A DNA stretch of 32,000 bases from Candidatus Kuenenia stuttgartensis (GCF_900232105.1 NZ_LT934425.1:1410001-1442000), one strand, 5' to 3'. Numbered from the stretch's first letter, positions 6,271-15,499 are shown. The notes: generated from the letters alone by a model not told the origin. Numbers and translations are program-made.

Positions 6271-6570
6271 TTATAGGTCGTCAAGATTGAGTTTTGAGAT
6301 TTTTCCTTCCGATGCCTCTTTTAAACCTTTTTGGACGTCTTCAAAGGCTTCGCTATTTTGATAGAGCCATACCTCTGATGATGGAATATTCTTTAACACT
6401 TCTCCCAGCCTACGAAGCTCTTCAATGTCAATTATTGCAGCCACCTTGTGACCCTCACTATCGATGATGTATTGCCTGACTTTGATAAGACCGGTTTCCT
6501 GCTTTATGGTTGTAGTAATAATACATTCTCCTGACAAAAACGCATATAAACACAGGGGTTGGAGGGGCAC
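6271..6570 (-). CDS. Cognate antitoxin; start uncertain (GTG at 6570 or TTG at 6537)
   Basis: Small ORF immediately upstream of the toxin; charged C-terminal half (IDIEELRRLGE...KGLKEASEGK); family not assigned. Confidence 0.55.
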   Translation of the reverse strand: MPLQPLCLYAFLSGECIITTTIKQETGLIKVRQYIIDSEGHKVAAIIDIEELRRLGEVLKNIPSSEVWLYQNSEAFEDVQKGLKEASEGKISKLNLDDL

Positions 6571-6580
6571 GCAGTTCCCT

Positions 6581-6651
6581 CAGAAGTCGGCAATCGGCAA
6601 ATTGCAGATTGAGGATTGTGGTCTGTGGACTGGAAACCGGGGATTTGAAAA
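6581..6651. repeat. Phased heptamer block abutting the 3' end of tRNA-Val (TCAGAAG TCGGCAA x2 ATTGCAG ATTGAGG ATTGTGG TCTGTGG ACTGGAA ...)
   Basis: 7-bp register read directly. Confidence 0.8.
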
Positions 6652-6728
6652 TGGTGGGCGATATAGGACTCGAACCTATAACCCCTTGCTTGTAAGGCAA
6701 GTGCTCTAGCCGATTGAGCTAATCGCCC
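6652..6728 (-). tRNA. tRNA-Val, anticodon UAC, with CCA encoded
   Basis: Cloverleaf folded by hand: acceptor GGGCGAT/ATCGCCC, D stem GCTC/GAGC, anticodon stem CTTGC/GCAAG with loop CTTACAA, T arm ATAGG-TTCGAGT-CCTAT, discriminator A, CCA; 77 nt. Confidence 0.95.
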
Positions 6729-6796
6729 CCGTAGTACCTTATCGGTAATTTCTTTGTATTTTTTGGCAAGACATTTAATAGTGAAACCCGATGATT

Positions 6797-6992
6797 GTGA
6801 AATCCGAAACAAATTCTAATGACAAAATGATTTGAAATTCTAAACAAATGCATCTTTTGTATCTCGCATTTCGTGCTTCATAATTGTTGTATGTTTTGAA
6901 TTTTATGTTTTGTTATTCGGATTTGTTTCGTATTTCGTGTTTCGGATTTCGTATTTTTTATATCTTGCTTGTTTGGTTCCGGCTATTCCAGC
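6797..6992 (-). repeat. E-family heptamer-built palindromic element (E1), ending GCTTGTTTGGTTCCGGCT
   Basis: Inverted copy of 15500..15707; arms AAATCCGAAAC / GTTTCGGATTT. Confidence 0.75.
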
Positions 6993-7040
6993 TTTGGTTT
7001 TCTATATATATCATTTCATATTTTATGAGTCAACACAATT

Positions 7041-8525
7041 CTACCTTTTCCACGTTACCGGTAAAAATATAAGGAGAAAGCTGTAAATTTCCAGCCTGCC
7101 AAGGAGCATGCAAAAGCTTAAAATCCATTTACAGAAATAAGAAATTTCGCTGAAATTAAGCGATGGGCCAACTTTTGCAAGTCCGGGACCGCAATTGGAC
7201 ATACAGGTGCTTACGGCAGAAAAGGAGGTCACCATGTCAAGATTTGTCGCCATCAATGCCAGCGAACACACCCCGAAAAATCCAAGGTACACCACGAAGA
7301 ATACCGAGCAGCCGGTAATAATTTCCCCACTCACCGATTCGCCGTTAATCTTTACATGTTTTACCATGCGCGGCCTTATTACACGTACTATTTCCCGCAT
7401 GCTGGACTTGAGCAGTATCAATATCCTCACGCTTTTAATGCCGCCGCCGGTTGAACCTGCGCACGCACCGATAAACATGAGCAATACGAGCAGAAACCGG
7501 CATATATCAGGCCATACGTCAAAATCTGCCGTTGAGAAACCCGTTCCGGTGCATATTGCAACTACCTGGAAGAACGAACGTCTGAGGGAATATTCAAAAT
7601 GCTGATGATACTCACTGCCGGCTTCATTATGAAAGCTGCCAGGCTGGCCGAGGTATAAAAACACGGCAACAAAGACAATTGCTATCAGATTGAGTCCGGC
7701 AAAAAAACGCAGTTCGGAATTTTTCAGTATTTTTTTGAAATTTAACTGAAAACACTGATAATAAAGCCCGAAATTACAACCACAAATAAACATAAAGACG
7801 GCGGCTACAATTTCTATATAAAGATTATCAAAATATGCAATACTGGTGTTCTTTGTGGAAAACCCTCCCGTTGAGACCGTGGCAAAGGAATGGCAAATGG
7901 CGTCAAAAAACGGCATGCCGCCCAGGAAGTACAATAGCGTCACTGTTGCCGTAAAAACAAGATAGATAATCCACAGCACCTTTGCCGTTGCCGCGATCCT
8001 GGGCTTCAGTTTGCCTACGGTAGGGCCGCTTACCTCTGCAGTAAAGAGCGGGTATCCGCTTACGCCCATAGCGGGGAGTAATGCTACAAAAACGACAATA
8101 ATACCCATCCCGCCAAGCCAATTGGTAAATGTCCGCCAGAAAAGTATGCTTTCCGGCAATATTTCCACGTTTGTAAGAAGGGAAGACCCTGTTGTGGTAA
8201 AACCGCTTGTTGTCTCAAAAACCGCATCGGTGTACGTTGTGCATACCCCGGAATACCAATAAGGAACTGCTCCCAGGAATATACAGATGAACCAGCTAAA
8301 CGTTACAATGGCAATGCCTTCTCTGATGCCTATTTCTTCTTCAATTTTCCGGAAGAATAGTTTATTAAGTCCGCCCAACATGCCGGAAAGAACTATCGCC
8401 AGGATAAAGGCCCATAAGGTGTCGTAGTTTTTATAAAACAACGCAACGCCCAGCGGGATTAAGAATATTGCGGAAAGCATTAACGCAAGATTAGATACCG
8501 TACGAAGTACTATCGAAATGTTCAT
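7041..8525 (-). CDS. trkH: Trk-type potassium uptake protein, membrane subunit TrkH
   Basis: 494-aa polytopic protein with TrkH/KtrB-like repeated GxG selectivity-filter-type segments; adjacent to trkA. Confidence 0.85.
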   Translation of the reverse strand: MNISIVLRTVSNLALMLSAIFLIPLGVALFYKNYDTLWAFILAIVLSGMLGGLNKLFFRKIEEEIGIREGIAIVTFSWFICIFLGAVPYWYSGVCTTYTDAVFETTSGFTTTGSSLLTNVEILPESILFWRTFTNWLGGMGIIVVFVALLPAMGVSGYPLFTAEVSGPTVGKLKPRIAATAKVLWIIYLVFTATVTLLYFLGGMPFFDAICHSFATVSTGGFSTKNTSIAYFDNLYIEIVAAVFMFICGCNFGLYYQCFQLNFKKILKNSELRFFAGLNLIAIVFVAVFLYLGQPGSFHNEAGSEYHQHFEYSLRRSFFQVVAICTGTGFSTADFDVWPDICRFLLVLLMFIGACAGSTGGGIKSVRILILLKSSMREIVRVIRPRMVKHVKINGESVSGEIITGCSVFFVVYLGFFGVCSLALMATNLDMVTSFSAVSTCMSNCGPGLAKVGPSLNFSEISYFCKWILSFCMLLGRLEIYSFLLIFLPVTWKR

Positions 8526-8558
8526 AGACGATGAGGTTTAAGTGATGATGAAATGAGT

Positions 8559-9914
8559 TCAGACTTTTCCATTGGAAAAGAGGGTTTGGACTTTTTCGAT
8601 GGCATTTGGAAGTGCAAAAACAATCACGCTTTCCCCAGGATTTATTATGGTATCGCCTGTGGGCAGTTTCATAACTCCATTATGTGAAATAGCGCCAATA
8701 ATAGCACCCTTTGGGAAGTGTACCTCTTTCAGGGGCTTGCCTAAAATTTTTGAGTGTTCCGATGCTATCAACTCCATGGCCTCGGCTTCGCTTTGCTGAA
8801 ACTTTACCACGGAAAGGGTATCGCCCCTGCGGATATGCTGCAAGATGGAACCTGCGGTGATGAGCCTTGGGTTTATTACCACGTCAATACCCAGAGAATT
8901 AATAATAGGTACAAACGCGGGGTCTTCCGTGAGCACAATGGCCTTTTTTGCTCCGAGCCTCTTTGCCAGCAATGCGGCGAGAAGGTTGCTCTGTTCGTTT
9001 TCAGAAACAGCCACAAAAAAATCCGCCATGTGAATAGAAGATTCCTTCAGGATATCAATATCCAGGGCATCGCCCTTCAGGATAATTGTTCTGTCCAGCA
9101 CTGACGCCGCTTCTTCCGTTTTTTCCTTGAGTGGTTCTACAATGGTAACCCCGATTTTTCTATCTTCCAGTTTCTTCGCCAAATTAAGGCTTGCCCGGTT
9201 TACGCCATAGATAACGACTTTTGCGACTTCATCTGCCCGCCTGTTCACCATCGGAAGGAAGAATGGCAATGCCTCTTTTGCCATAACCACATAGATGTTA
9301 TCGTTCGGTTTAATTTCTGTTTCTCCCGTAGGAATAATCATTTCATCATTCCGTTGGATAGCGACGATAAGAAAAGAATCCGTGTATTCAATTTCTTCCA
9401 GATCGGCAAGTTTTTTACCGACTATCGGGGCATCCGCAGGCACGCTAAACCCTCTCAGCAGAACGTCCCCTCCTTTAAAATCGGCCACATAGTTTGCGCC
9501 AGGAGTGCCGATGATATTCATGATAGAATTAATTGTTATCATTTCCGGGTTTATTATGTAGTCGATATGAAACCCGTTTTGGTGTACAAATGGTTTTTTT
9601 TCCGAAAATTCCGGGTTTCTTATTCTTGCAATCTTTGTTTTTACATTATATTTATACGAAAGTATACACGTCACGATATTTATCTCATCGCTGTTTGTTA
9701 CGGCCAATACGACGTCGGTATTCTTAATCCCGGCTTCTTCCAGGATTGAAGGAGACGTGGCCATTCCCAACACTGCAGAAACATCCATTTTCTCCGTAAT
9801 ACGGTCGACCATGTTTTGGTCTTTGTCTATAACAGAGATATCGTGTCCCTCTTTAGACAATTGTTTTGCGAGATTAAAACCTACCGCACCTGCTCCTACG
9901 ATAAGGATTTTCAT
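8559..9914 (-). CDS. trkA: Trk system NAD-binding subunit TrkA (two RCK/KTN domains)
   Basis: 451 aa; N-terminal MKILIVGAGAVG Rossmann motif and a second VIYGVNRAS half. Confidence 0.9.
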   Translation of the reverse strand: MKILIVGAGAVGFNLAKQLSKEGHDISVIDKDQNMVDRITEKMDVSAVLGMATSPSILEEAGIKNTDVVLAVTNSDEINIVTCILSYKYNVKTKIARIRNPEFSEKKPFVHQNGFHIDYIINPEMITINSIMNIIGTPGANYVADFKGGDVLLRGFSVPADAPIVGKKLADLEEIEYTDSFLIVAIQRNDEMIIPTGETEIKPNDNIYVVMAKEALPFFLPMVNRRADEVAKVVIYGVNRASLNLAKKLEDRKIGVTIVEPLKEKTEEAASVLDRTIILKGDALDIDILKESSIHMADFFVAVSENEQSNLLAALLAKRLGAKKAIVLTEDPAFVPIINSLGIDVVINPRLITAGSILQHIRRGDTLSVVKFQQSEAEAMELIASEHSKILGKPLKEVHFPKGAIIGAISHNGVMKLPTGDTIINPGESVIVFALPNAIEKVQTLFSNGKV

Positions 9915-9944
9915 TTATATTTCAAACTCCTGTTAAAAATTATT

Positions 9945-10078
9945 TACGATTTACGATTTTTTTAATCTGTGTAATCGTTCGACTGAGCTCACGACGAAGT
10001 CTGTGTAATCTGTGGTTTCTTCTTTTATTAACTTACGATTTGGGATTTCAGGTCGTACCTCGTAAATCGTACTTCGTT
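9945..10078 (+). repeat. F-family repeat (F1): TTACGATTTACGA...ATCTGTGTAATCGTTCGACTGAGCTCACGACGAAGTC...ATCTGTGGTTTCTTCTTTT...AAATCGTACTTCG
   Basis: Homologous to 21556..21698 in the same orientation. Confidence 0.8.
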
Positions 10079-10079
10079 A

Positions 10080-12155
10080 CTATTTTGCATTGGCGACGCC
10101 AATTTCAATTTTGTCATTTAATGCCTGAAAATGGGGTAAAAATTCTTCGCCGCCAAGATTAGGGTCCTCCGTCTTCAACAGGGCGATAAGGTCCTTTACC
10201 TTTTCATAGTTACCCTGTTCAAGCATGGCAGTGGCAATGTCCAAACGACCTTGCCAGCACCATTGGCAATTCCGGGGATTCTCTTCAAGCCACACGGTGA
10301 ACCATTTTAGCGCACGGTCAAACTGTTTCAGCTCTTTTGCGCACTGAATAAATTCTTTTTTTATTGTGTCATCAACGGAATTATGTTTTAAAATTTCCTC
10401 ATAATTATTGAGTGCGTTCTGCCAATCTTTTAACGCAAATAATGTTTTTGCCCGTTTTATCCTGATTTGCAAGACCTTATCCTGTAACTCCGGGAATTTT
10501 GCATATTTTGCCATTATTCTGCCAAGAACGATTTCTGCCCGCTTATAATCTGCAATATTATAAAAACTAGCCGCCACGGACTCCATAATATCAAACGTTG
10601 CGTCTTCAATATTCACCAAACGCCCGGCCGCTTGTTCCACAACCCGTTTATCAACATCCTGAAGCGCTTTTATCAAAGCCTCAATTGCCGGCAGATTTCC
10701 AATCTGGCCGAGAGCCGTCACCGCCGACTCTCTTACTCGGGCACTACTGTCGGACAGGCGCTTAATAAGGGGTTCCACACATACAGGGTCGCCGATTTTC
10801 CCTAAACTATCTGCCGCATACCACCGGACACGTTCTTCCCCGTCGTTCAGGGCGGCAATTAAGTACGGCACCGCGCGCACATCGGCGAGTTTCCCAAGAG
10901 ACGCCGCAGTACACTCCCTTATTTCGGGCTTCTCGTGCGTTAGAAATTGAATCAACGTATCAACCGCTCTTAAATCTCCCGTCTCGCCTAACGATTCTAT
11001 TATCGTAGACACAATGGGGGCATTTGTTTTATTGTTTAACGCTTCGATGAGAACCGCCACCACCTCATCATTCCCAAATTGTCCAAGCGCCCTGGCAGCC
11101 TTTTCTCTCACAATCAAACTTTCATCACCCAGGGCACGAATTAAAGGTTTTAGCGCTTTTTCATCGTTAATCACCCCTAGTGTCTGAACAACTTCAATAC
11201 GTACTTCTTCTTCTTTGTCTGATATGGCATTAATCAATATATCGACAATTGATGAGTCTTTTATCTTTGCCAATTCCTTTGCGGCAAAAATTCTTACTTC
11301 CGGATAATCACTTTTAATCGCTTCACTCAACAATGCAGTGTCTATTTTGTCATGTCCAAGTTCAATGAGCTTAATAGTCTTTCGCGCCACTTCCTGTTTT
11401 AATTGTTCAATCTCTGCCTCTAATTGCTGGGTCTTTTCTTCCTGCTTCAGCACAATTTCATCCAGCCATTGTTCCCGTGTTTTCGACTTATTACGCAGCC
11501 ACCATTCCCTCCACCATGAGGAATCCTTGTTGCTTGATACTTTTGTAATTTTCTCCAAAGACGCCATCACGGTTTCCCGCAAATCACTATCATCAGACCG
11601 AAGCATTTTAATAAGCGGGTCTACGGAGTCCTGGTCATTCGTATTGCCTAATGCCTTTGCCAACAGTATCTTAACATCCCTTGACTGCTTAGGGTTAAGC
11701 ATGGCGTCCGCCATCATATTTATTGTTTTTTTTGTTTTAATCCTCCCAAGCGCATTCAAGGTAACGGTTCTTATTTGTTCAGATTCATCGCCCAACAGGC
11801 GGATTAAATATTCAACCGCACGATCATCTCTGGCAAATCCGAATGCCCTTATCACGGATATTTTAATATCTTCCCGCACTTTTGCATCTTTTAATATGTT
11901 TGTTAAGGGTTCCTGCGCATTTTGCAAATTTAATCCCAGCAAAGAAACTGCCGCAAAACTTCGTATCGTGGGGTCATCTGAATATAACTGAAGGGTCCAT
12001 TCGTCTATATTCCTGCGCAGTTTTATATCCGCTTTTGGCTCTTTTTCCTCAATAACCACCTTTTTCATTGGTACAGAGGCACATCCCATAGTGCCAAATA
12101 CACACATGGGATATAACACCATTCCGAATAGCATCAGTTTTATTTCTCTTCGCAT
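10080..12155 (-). CDS. Secreted HEAT-repeat (PBS-lyase-type) protein with a central coiled coil and a C-terminal TPR-like region
   Basis: 691 aa; N-terminal signal-like segment; many VRxxAAxALGxIGDxxAVxxLIxAL repeats. Confidence 0.8.
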   Translation of the reverse strand: MRREIKLMLFGMVLYPMCVFGTMGCASVPMKKVVIEEKEPKADIKLRRNIDEWTLQLYSDDPTIRSFAAVSLLGLNLQNAQEPLTNILKDAKVREDIKISVIRAFGFARDDRAVEYLIRLLGDESEQIRTVTLNALGRIKTKKTINMMADAMLNPKQSRDVKILLAKALGNTNDQDSVDPLIKMLRSDDSDLRETVMASLEKITKVSSNKDSSWWREWWLRNKSKTREQWLDEIVLKQEEKTQQLEAEIEQLKQEVARKTIKLIELGHDKIDTALLSEAIKSDYPEVRIFAAKELAKIKDSSIVDILINAISDKEEEVRIEVVQTLGVINDEKALKPLIRALGDESLIVREKAARALGQFGNDEVVAVLIEALNNKTNAPIVSTIIESLGETGDLRAVDTLIQFLTHEKPEIRECTAASLGKLADVRAVPYLIAALNDGEERVRWYAADSLGKIGDPVCVEPLIKRLSDSSARVRESAVTALGQIGNLPAIEALIKALQDVDKRVVEQAAGRLVNIEDATFDIMESVAASFYNIADYKRAEIVLGRIMAKYAKFPELQDKVLQIRIKRAKTLFALKDWQNALNNYEEILKHNSVDDTIKKEFIQCAKELKQFDRALKWFTVWLEENPRNCQWCWQGRLDIATAMLEQGNYEKVKDLIALLKTEDPNLGGEEFLPHFQALNDKIEIGVANAK

Positions 12156-12246
12156 GCGTTAATGATCCGTTATTTAAAAGTAATTTTCAGGTAAATACCG
12201 CCACCATAGAAGTGGAAATCCGAAATGCTGAATACAAATCCACCCC

Positions 12247-12303
12247 CTGCACCACCGCCAGCGGGGGACATTCTCCCCCTTTGGAGGGGATTAGGGGGAG
12301 GAT
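12247..12303 (+). repeat. H-family repeat CTGCACCACCGCCAGCGGGGGACATTCTCCCCCTTTGGAGGGGATTAGGGGGAGGATT
   Basis: Homologous to 23758..23817 (same orientation) and 24744..24785 (inverted). Confidence 0.75.
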
Positions 12304-12887
12304 TTTAGAATTTGCTTTGTGCTTTGTGCTTGTTTGGTTCCGGCTTGTCCATGGCAGGATAATACCTTTTCTCCCTGCAAAGGTATGCGCTACACAATTA
12401 TGGGCTATTTGGGTTGAGGCAGCAAAAAACACCTTGGTAATCAGGGCTGGGTATATAGTATTACCCCGTAAAAACTTCTTTTTTTGTAGGTTTTTCTTTG
12501 CATCCTTTGCGTTCTGTATATCCTTTGTGCCCTTTGTGGTTAAACTATTTTTGATTGCGGCTTTTTGCTGCATTATGACGTTTCTGTAAGAATAGCTGAC
12601 TGAAAGACCGCTTGATGGTAACAAATTCCACTTTTTCGGTCAATATAAAAAGATTTGGGAGGTACGAGGCTGGATTTATGGTTTTTGTTTGCATAAGTTT
12701 TATAAAAACCAGTTAAACCACGGAACACAAGGCTCCTCTATCAACAGGAAATTTAAGAAATGTGTTTATTATTCTAAGACCAGACGCTTTTGGCTACAAC
12801 AACTCGCGGGAACATTGTGTAGGTTTACAAGGTACGATTTAAATCCCAAATCGTAAATCAAACTTCGTACTTCACAAATCTACTATG

Positions 12888-13838
12888 CTAAAAAGGTGAT
12901 TCCTTAAATACCTCTTTAAACCGCACCTTAAATTCATCTGCTGTGAAGTGAAAGTTTTGCGTCCCATACACTTCAACTGCATAGGCGGCACAAACGGCGC
13001 CTATCTTTGCCGCATGGACAATCCCCTTGCCTGAAACCAATCCTTTTATTAAACCGGCTCTGTAAGCATCTCCGGCGCCGGTGGGGTCCTTTACCACGGA
13101 TACTTTTGCGGCAGGGACGTCATATGTCTTTGTGGTTCCGTTTTCTCCGCATATAATTGCGGACCCGTATTCCCCTTTCGTTATAATCAAAATATCCGTT
13201 CCCCTTATAATATCTTCGCTTGTCATGGAAGTCTTGTCTTGCGTAAGCTGGAATTCGTAGTCATTGCAGATAAATATTTTTGCCCCGTCAATGGCTTCCA
13301 TTAGATGCTCTTTTGACCATGCAGGCAAGGACTGTCCCGGGTCAAAGATATACTCTATTCCTTTTTGTTTATATATTTTTGAAAACTGCATCATATCATC
13401 CAAATTTCCGGGAGAGACAATTGCCAAGGACACTTCTTTCGCCGCAGCATCAAAATCAAACCAGGCGCTATATTTCATGGCACCCGGATTAAACGCCGTT
13501 ATTTGATTGTCCGATCGGTCTGTTGTAATATATGCCCCTGCCGTCAATTCTTCCTCTATCATCTTTATATGCATGGTAGATATTTTATGGTCTTCCAGCC
13601 ACTTTTTGTACGGTTCAAAATCACGTCCGGAAGTTGCAATAATTTTGGGGGTTTCGCCAAACAAGGAGAGCGCGTAAGCAATATTGCCCGCAGTTCCTCC
13701 AAAATTTTCTTTCAGTTCATTAATCATAAAACATACATTCAGCAGGTGTGTTTTTTCGGGAAGAATGTGATCTGAAAATTTTCCGGGAAAATCCATAATT
13801 CTGTCATATGCCACTGAACCTGAAACAAGTATATTCAT
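12888..13838 (-). CDS. PfkB-family carbohydrate/nucleoside kinase
   Basis: 316 aa; DPTGAGDAYRAG motif; GGTAGN near the N-terminus; AAGGA Shine-Dalgarno upstream. Confidence 0.85.
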   Translation of the reverse strand: MNILVSGSVAYDRIMDFPGKFSDHILPEKTHLLNVCFMINELKENFGGTAGNIAYALSLFGETPKIIATSGRDFEPYKKWLEDHKISTMHIKMIEEELTAGAYITTDRSDNQITAFNPGAMKYSAWFDFDAAAKEVSLAIVSPGNLDDMMQFSKIYKQKGIEYIFDPGQSLPAWSKEHLMEAIDGAKIFICNDYEFQLTQDKTSMTSEDIIRGTDILIITKGEYGSAIICGENGTTKTYDVPAAKVSVVKDPTGAGDAYRAGLIKGLVSGKGIVHAAKIGAVCAAYAVEVYGTQNFHFTADEFKVRFKEVFKESPF

Positions 13839-13915
13839 TGCTTTTCCTTCTCAATAATGAAGTGATTAAAAAAAATCGTAACAAGTAGGGACGAAGTATT
13901 TGCTATAAATTCGAG

Positions 13916-14142
13916 CTCGTTCCCAAACCTTGTACTGAACATAGTGAAGTATCTGTTTGGGAACGCAATTGCACTGGAAACTTTGTTTCCAGTGAGGGTC
14001 TGGCTTGACAAATTACAAACTGTCTTAACCCTGTGATTTTATTCCCTATCTATCAGCAAACAGGCGAGAAACCGGAGTTTCTCGAACAAATGCATTCCCA
14101 AACAGATACTTCACTATGTTCAGTACAAGGTTTGGGAACGAG
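13916..14142. mobile_element. D-family foldback (MITE/REPIN-like) element. It has two 46-bp inverted arms, GTTCCCAAACCTTGTACTGAACATAGTGAAGTATCTGTTTGGGAAC, and each arm is itself a hairpin
   Basis: Arms 13919..13964 and 14094..14139 are reverse complements; stem ends GTTCCCAA/TTGGGAAC as in the RAYT REPs. Confidence 0.7.
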
Positions 14143-14247
14143 CCGTGTATCGTTTACGCTGAATAGTTACTGATGCTTCGTCAAAATCGTTAAATCATCT
14201 CAACCATTTGGCCATTAAAATGGAAGCAGGAGCTTCCAATACAATTA

Positions 14248-14275
14248 CGTTCCAAAACCGGAACTTGGGAACGAG
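14248..14275. repeat. Solo REP-like hairpin GTTCCAAAACCGGAACTTGGGAACGAG
   Basis: Resembles the unit at 889..921. Confidence 0.6.
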
Positions 14276-14355
14276 CGTTAGTAGGTGCGGAGTATTTGTT
14301 AGTTTGGGCATGAAAACATTTATGCCAATTTACAGCAAATGCTTTGCCCCTACAG

Positions 14356-15306
14356 TTATTTTTCCTTCTTTAAACAACTATCGTCAAGCATATGTATTAA
14401 TTTATTCATCTCCGGTTTTGTTACATAGTTGTCAGCGCCAACACTTTCACATTTCACCACCATCTGATTATTTATCAGGCTGGAAAACATAATCACAGGG
14501 ATATTTTTGAGCAAGGCGTCGCTCTTTATCCTTTTGCATAAGGTTAATCCGTCAAGCTCCGGCATTTCTATATCAGATATTAATACATCGGGTAGTTCTG
14601 TGGAAAAAGAATCTTCCGCTTTTACTTTGTCACGTATTCCCATCAGTGCATAAAACGCCTTTTGACCATTTTCAAACACACGGACATTACTATACCCCGC
14701 ACTGCTCAGTACGCGAACAACATTGTCACGAATAGTCTTCGAATCCTCGGCAAAGAAAACCACCACATTTTCACGTCCCTGTTTTTTTTCTATTTGAAAT
14801 GTCTCGCTGGCAGCCTCGCCAATCGCCAAGTGTGGAAATATTTTAGAAAGAATATGTTCCAAATCGATAATCATAATTTCTTTATTATCGATATGCACCG
14901 ACCCGATAACACCTGACCCGCTGCTGTTGATAATATTGCTTATTGGAATAAAATCGCTCCAGGAAAGCCTGTGAATCCGGTTCACTCCATCTACCAAAAA
15001 GCTATTAATTGAATTATTAAATTCAGTTACTATTACCACCGATATGCTATTTGCATCATCGCTGTTTTTCTTCTGTATATCTAGTGCGTTTGCCAGATTA
15101 ATGAGGGGTATTGTTTTTCCCCGGTGCAGCATCAACCCCATCATGGCCGGAAGAGACGTAGCCACCTTAGTGACTGTTTTTGGGTCATGCTGTACTATCG
15201 ACTGTACTTTTGCAACATTTACACCAAACGACTGATCTCTTAGGAGAAACTCCAGCAATTCCATTTCATTGGTGCCGCTTTCCAGGAGAATTTGTTGTTT
15301 TGCCAT
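14356..15306 (-). CDS. cheV: Chemotaxis protein CheV (CheW-like domain plus receiver domain)
   Basis: Start taken at MAKQQILLESGTNEMELLEF (ATG at 15306). Receiver signature VLISDIEMPELDG. Confidence 0.85.
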   Translation of the reverse strand: MAKQQILLESGTNEMELLEFLLRDQSFGVNVAKVQSIVQHDPKTVTKVATSLPAMMGLMLHRGKTIPLINLANALDIQKKNSDDANSISVVIVTEFNNSINSFLVDGVNRIHRLSWSDFIPISNIINSSGSGVIGSVHIDNKEIMIIDLEHILSKIFPHLAIGEAASETFQIEKKQGRENVVVFFAEDSKTIRDNVVRVLSSAGYSNVRVFENGQKAFYALMGIRDKVKAEDSFSTELPDVLISDIEMPELDGLTLCKRIKSDALLKNIPVIMFSSLINNQMVVKCESVGADNYVTKPEMNKLIHMLDDSCLKKEK

Positions 15307-15499
15307 AGCAATGCTCCTTCCGTTAGTACTTCCCCGGCTCGAAAATAAGACTACAAAAAATAGCTTAAGCACATACACTACAACACAATATGGTTATAAA
15401 ACCATTTTCATCGTTTCCGGGTGTTGCAAATGCAAAATGATGACTGTTTTTAAAATACGAGGGGGAACCATAGACTGCTCTTATTACATATATTATTAA

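Noticed and set aside
1-6651. Calling the whole left end a tRNA-Val-integrated genomic island
   Set aside because: There is no integrase, no duplicated tRNA 3' end and no island boundary inside the window. It is kept only as a hypothesis within the TA/tRNA finding.
9915-10079. Potassium-related riboswitch (such as c-di-AMP/ydaO) upstream of trkA
   Set aside because: No recognisable conserved motifs. The segment is a copy of the F-family repeat, which is also found upstream of an unrelated gene.
12187-12624. 145-aa minus-strand ORF and the overlapping 125-aa plus-strand ORF
   Set aside because: They are mutually antisense and span the H and E repeat fragments. The peptides are low-complexity and no start or RBS support was seen.
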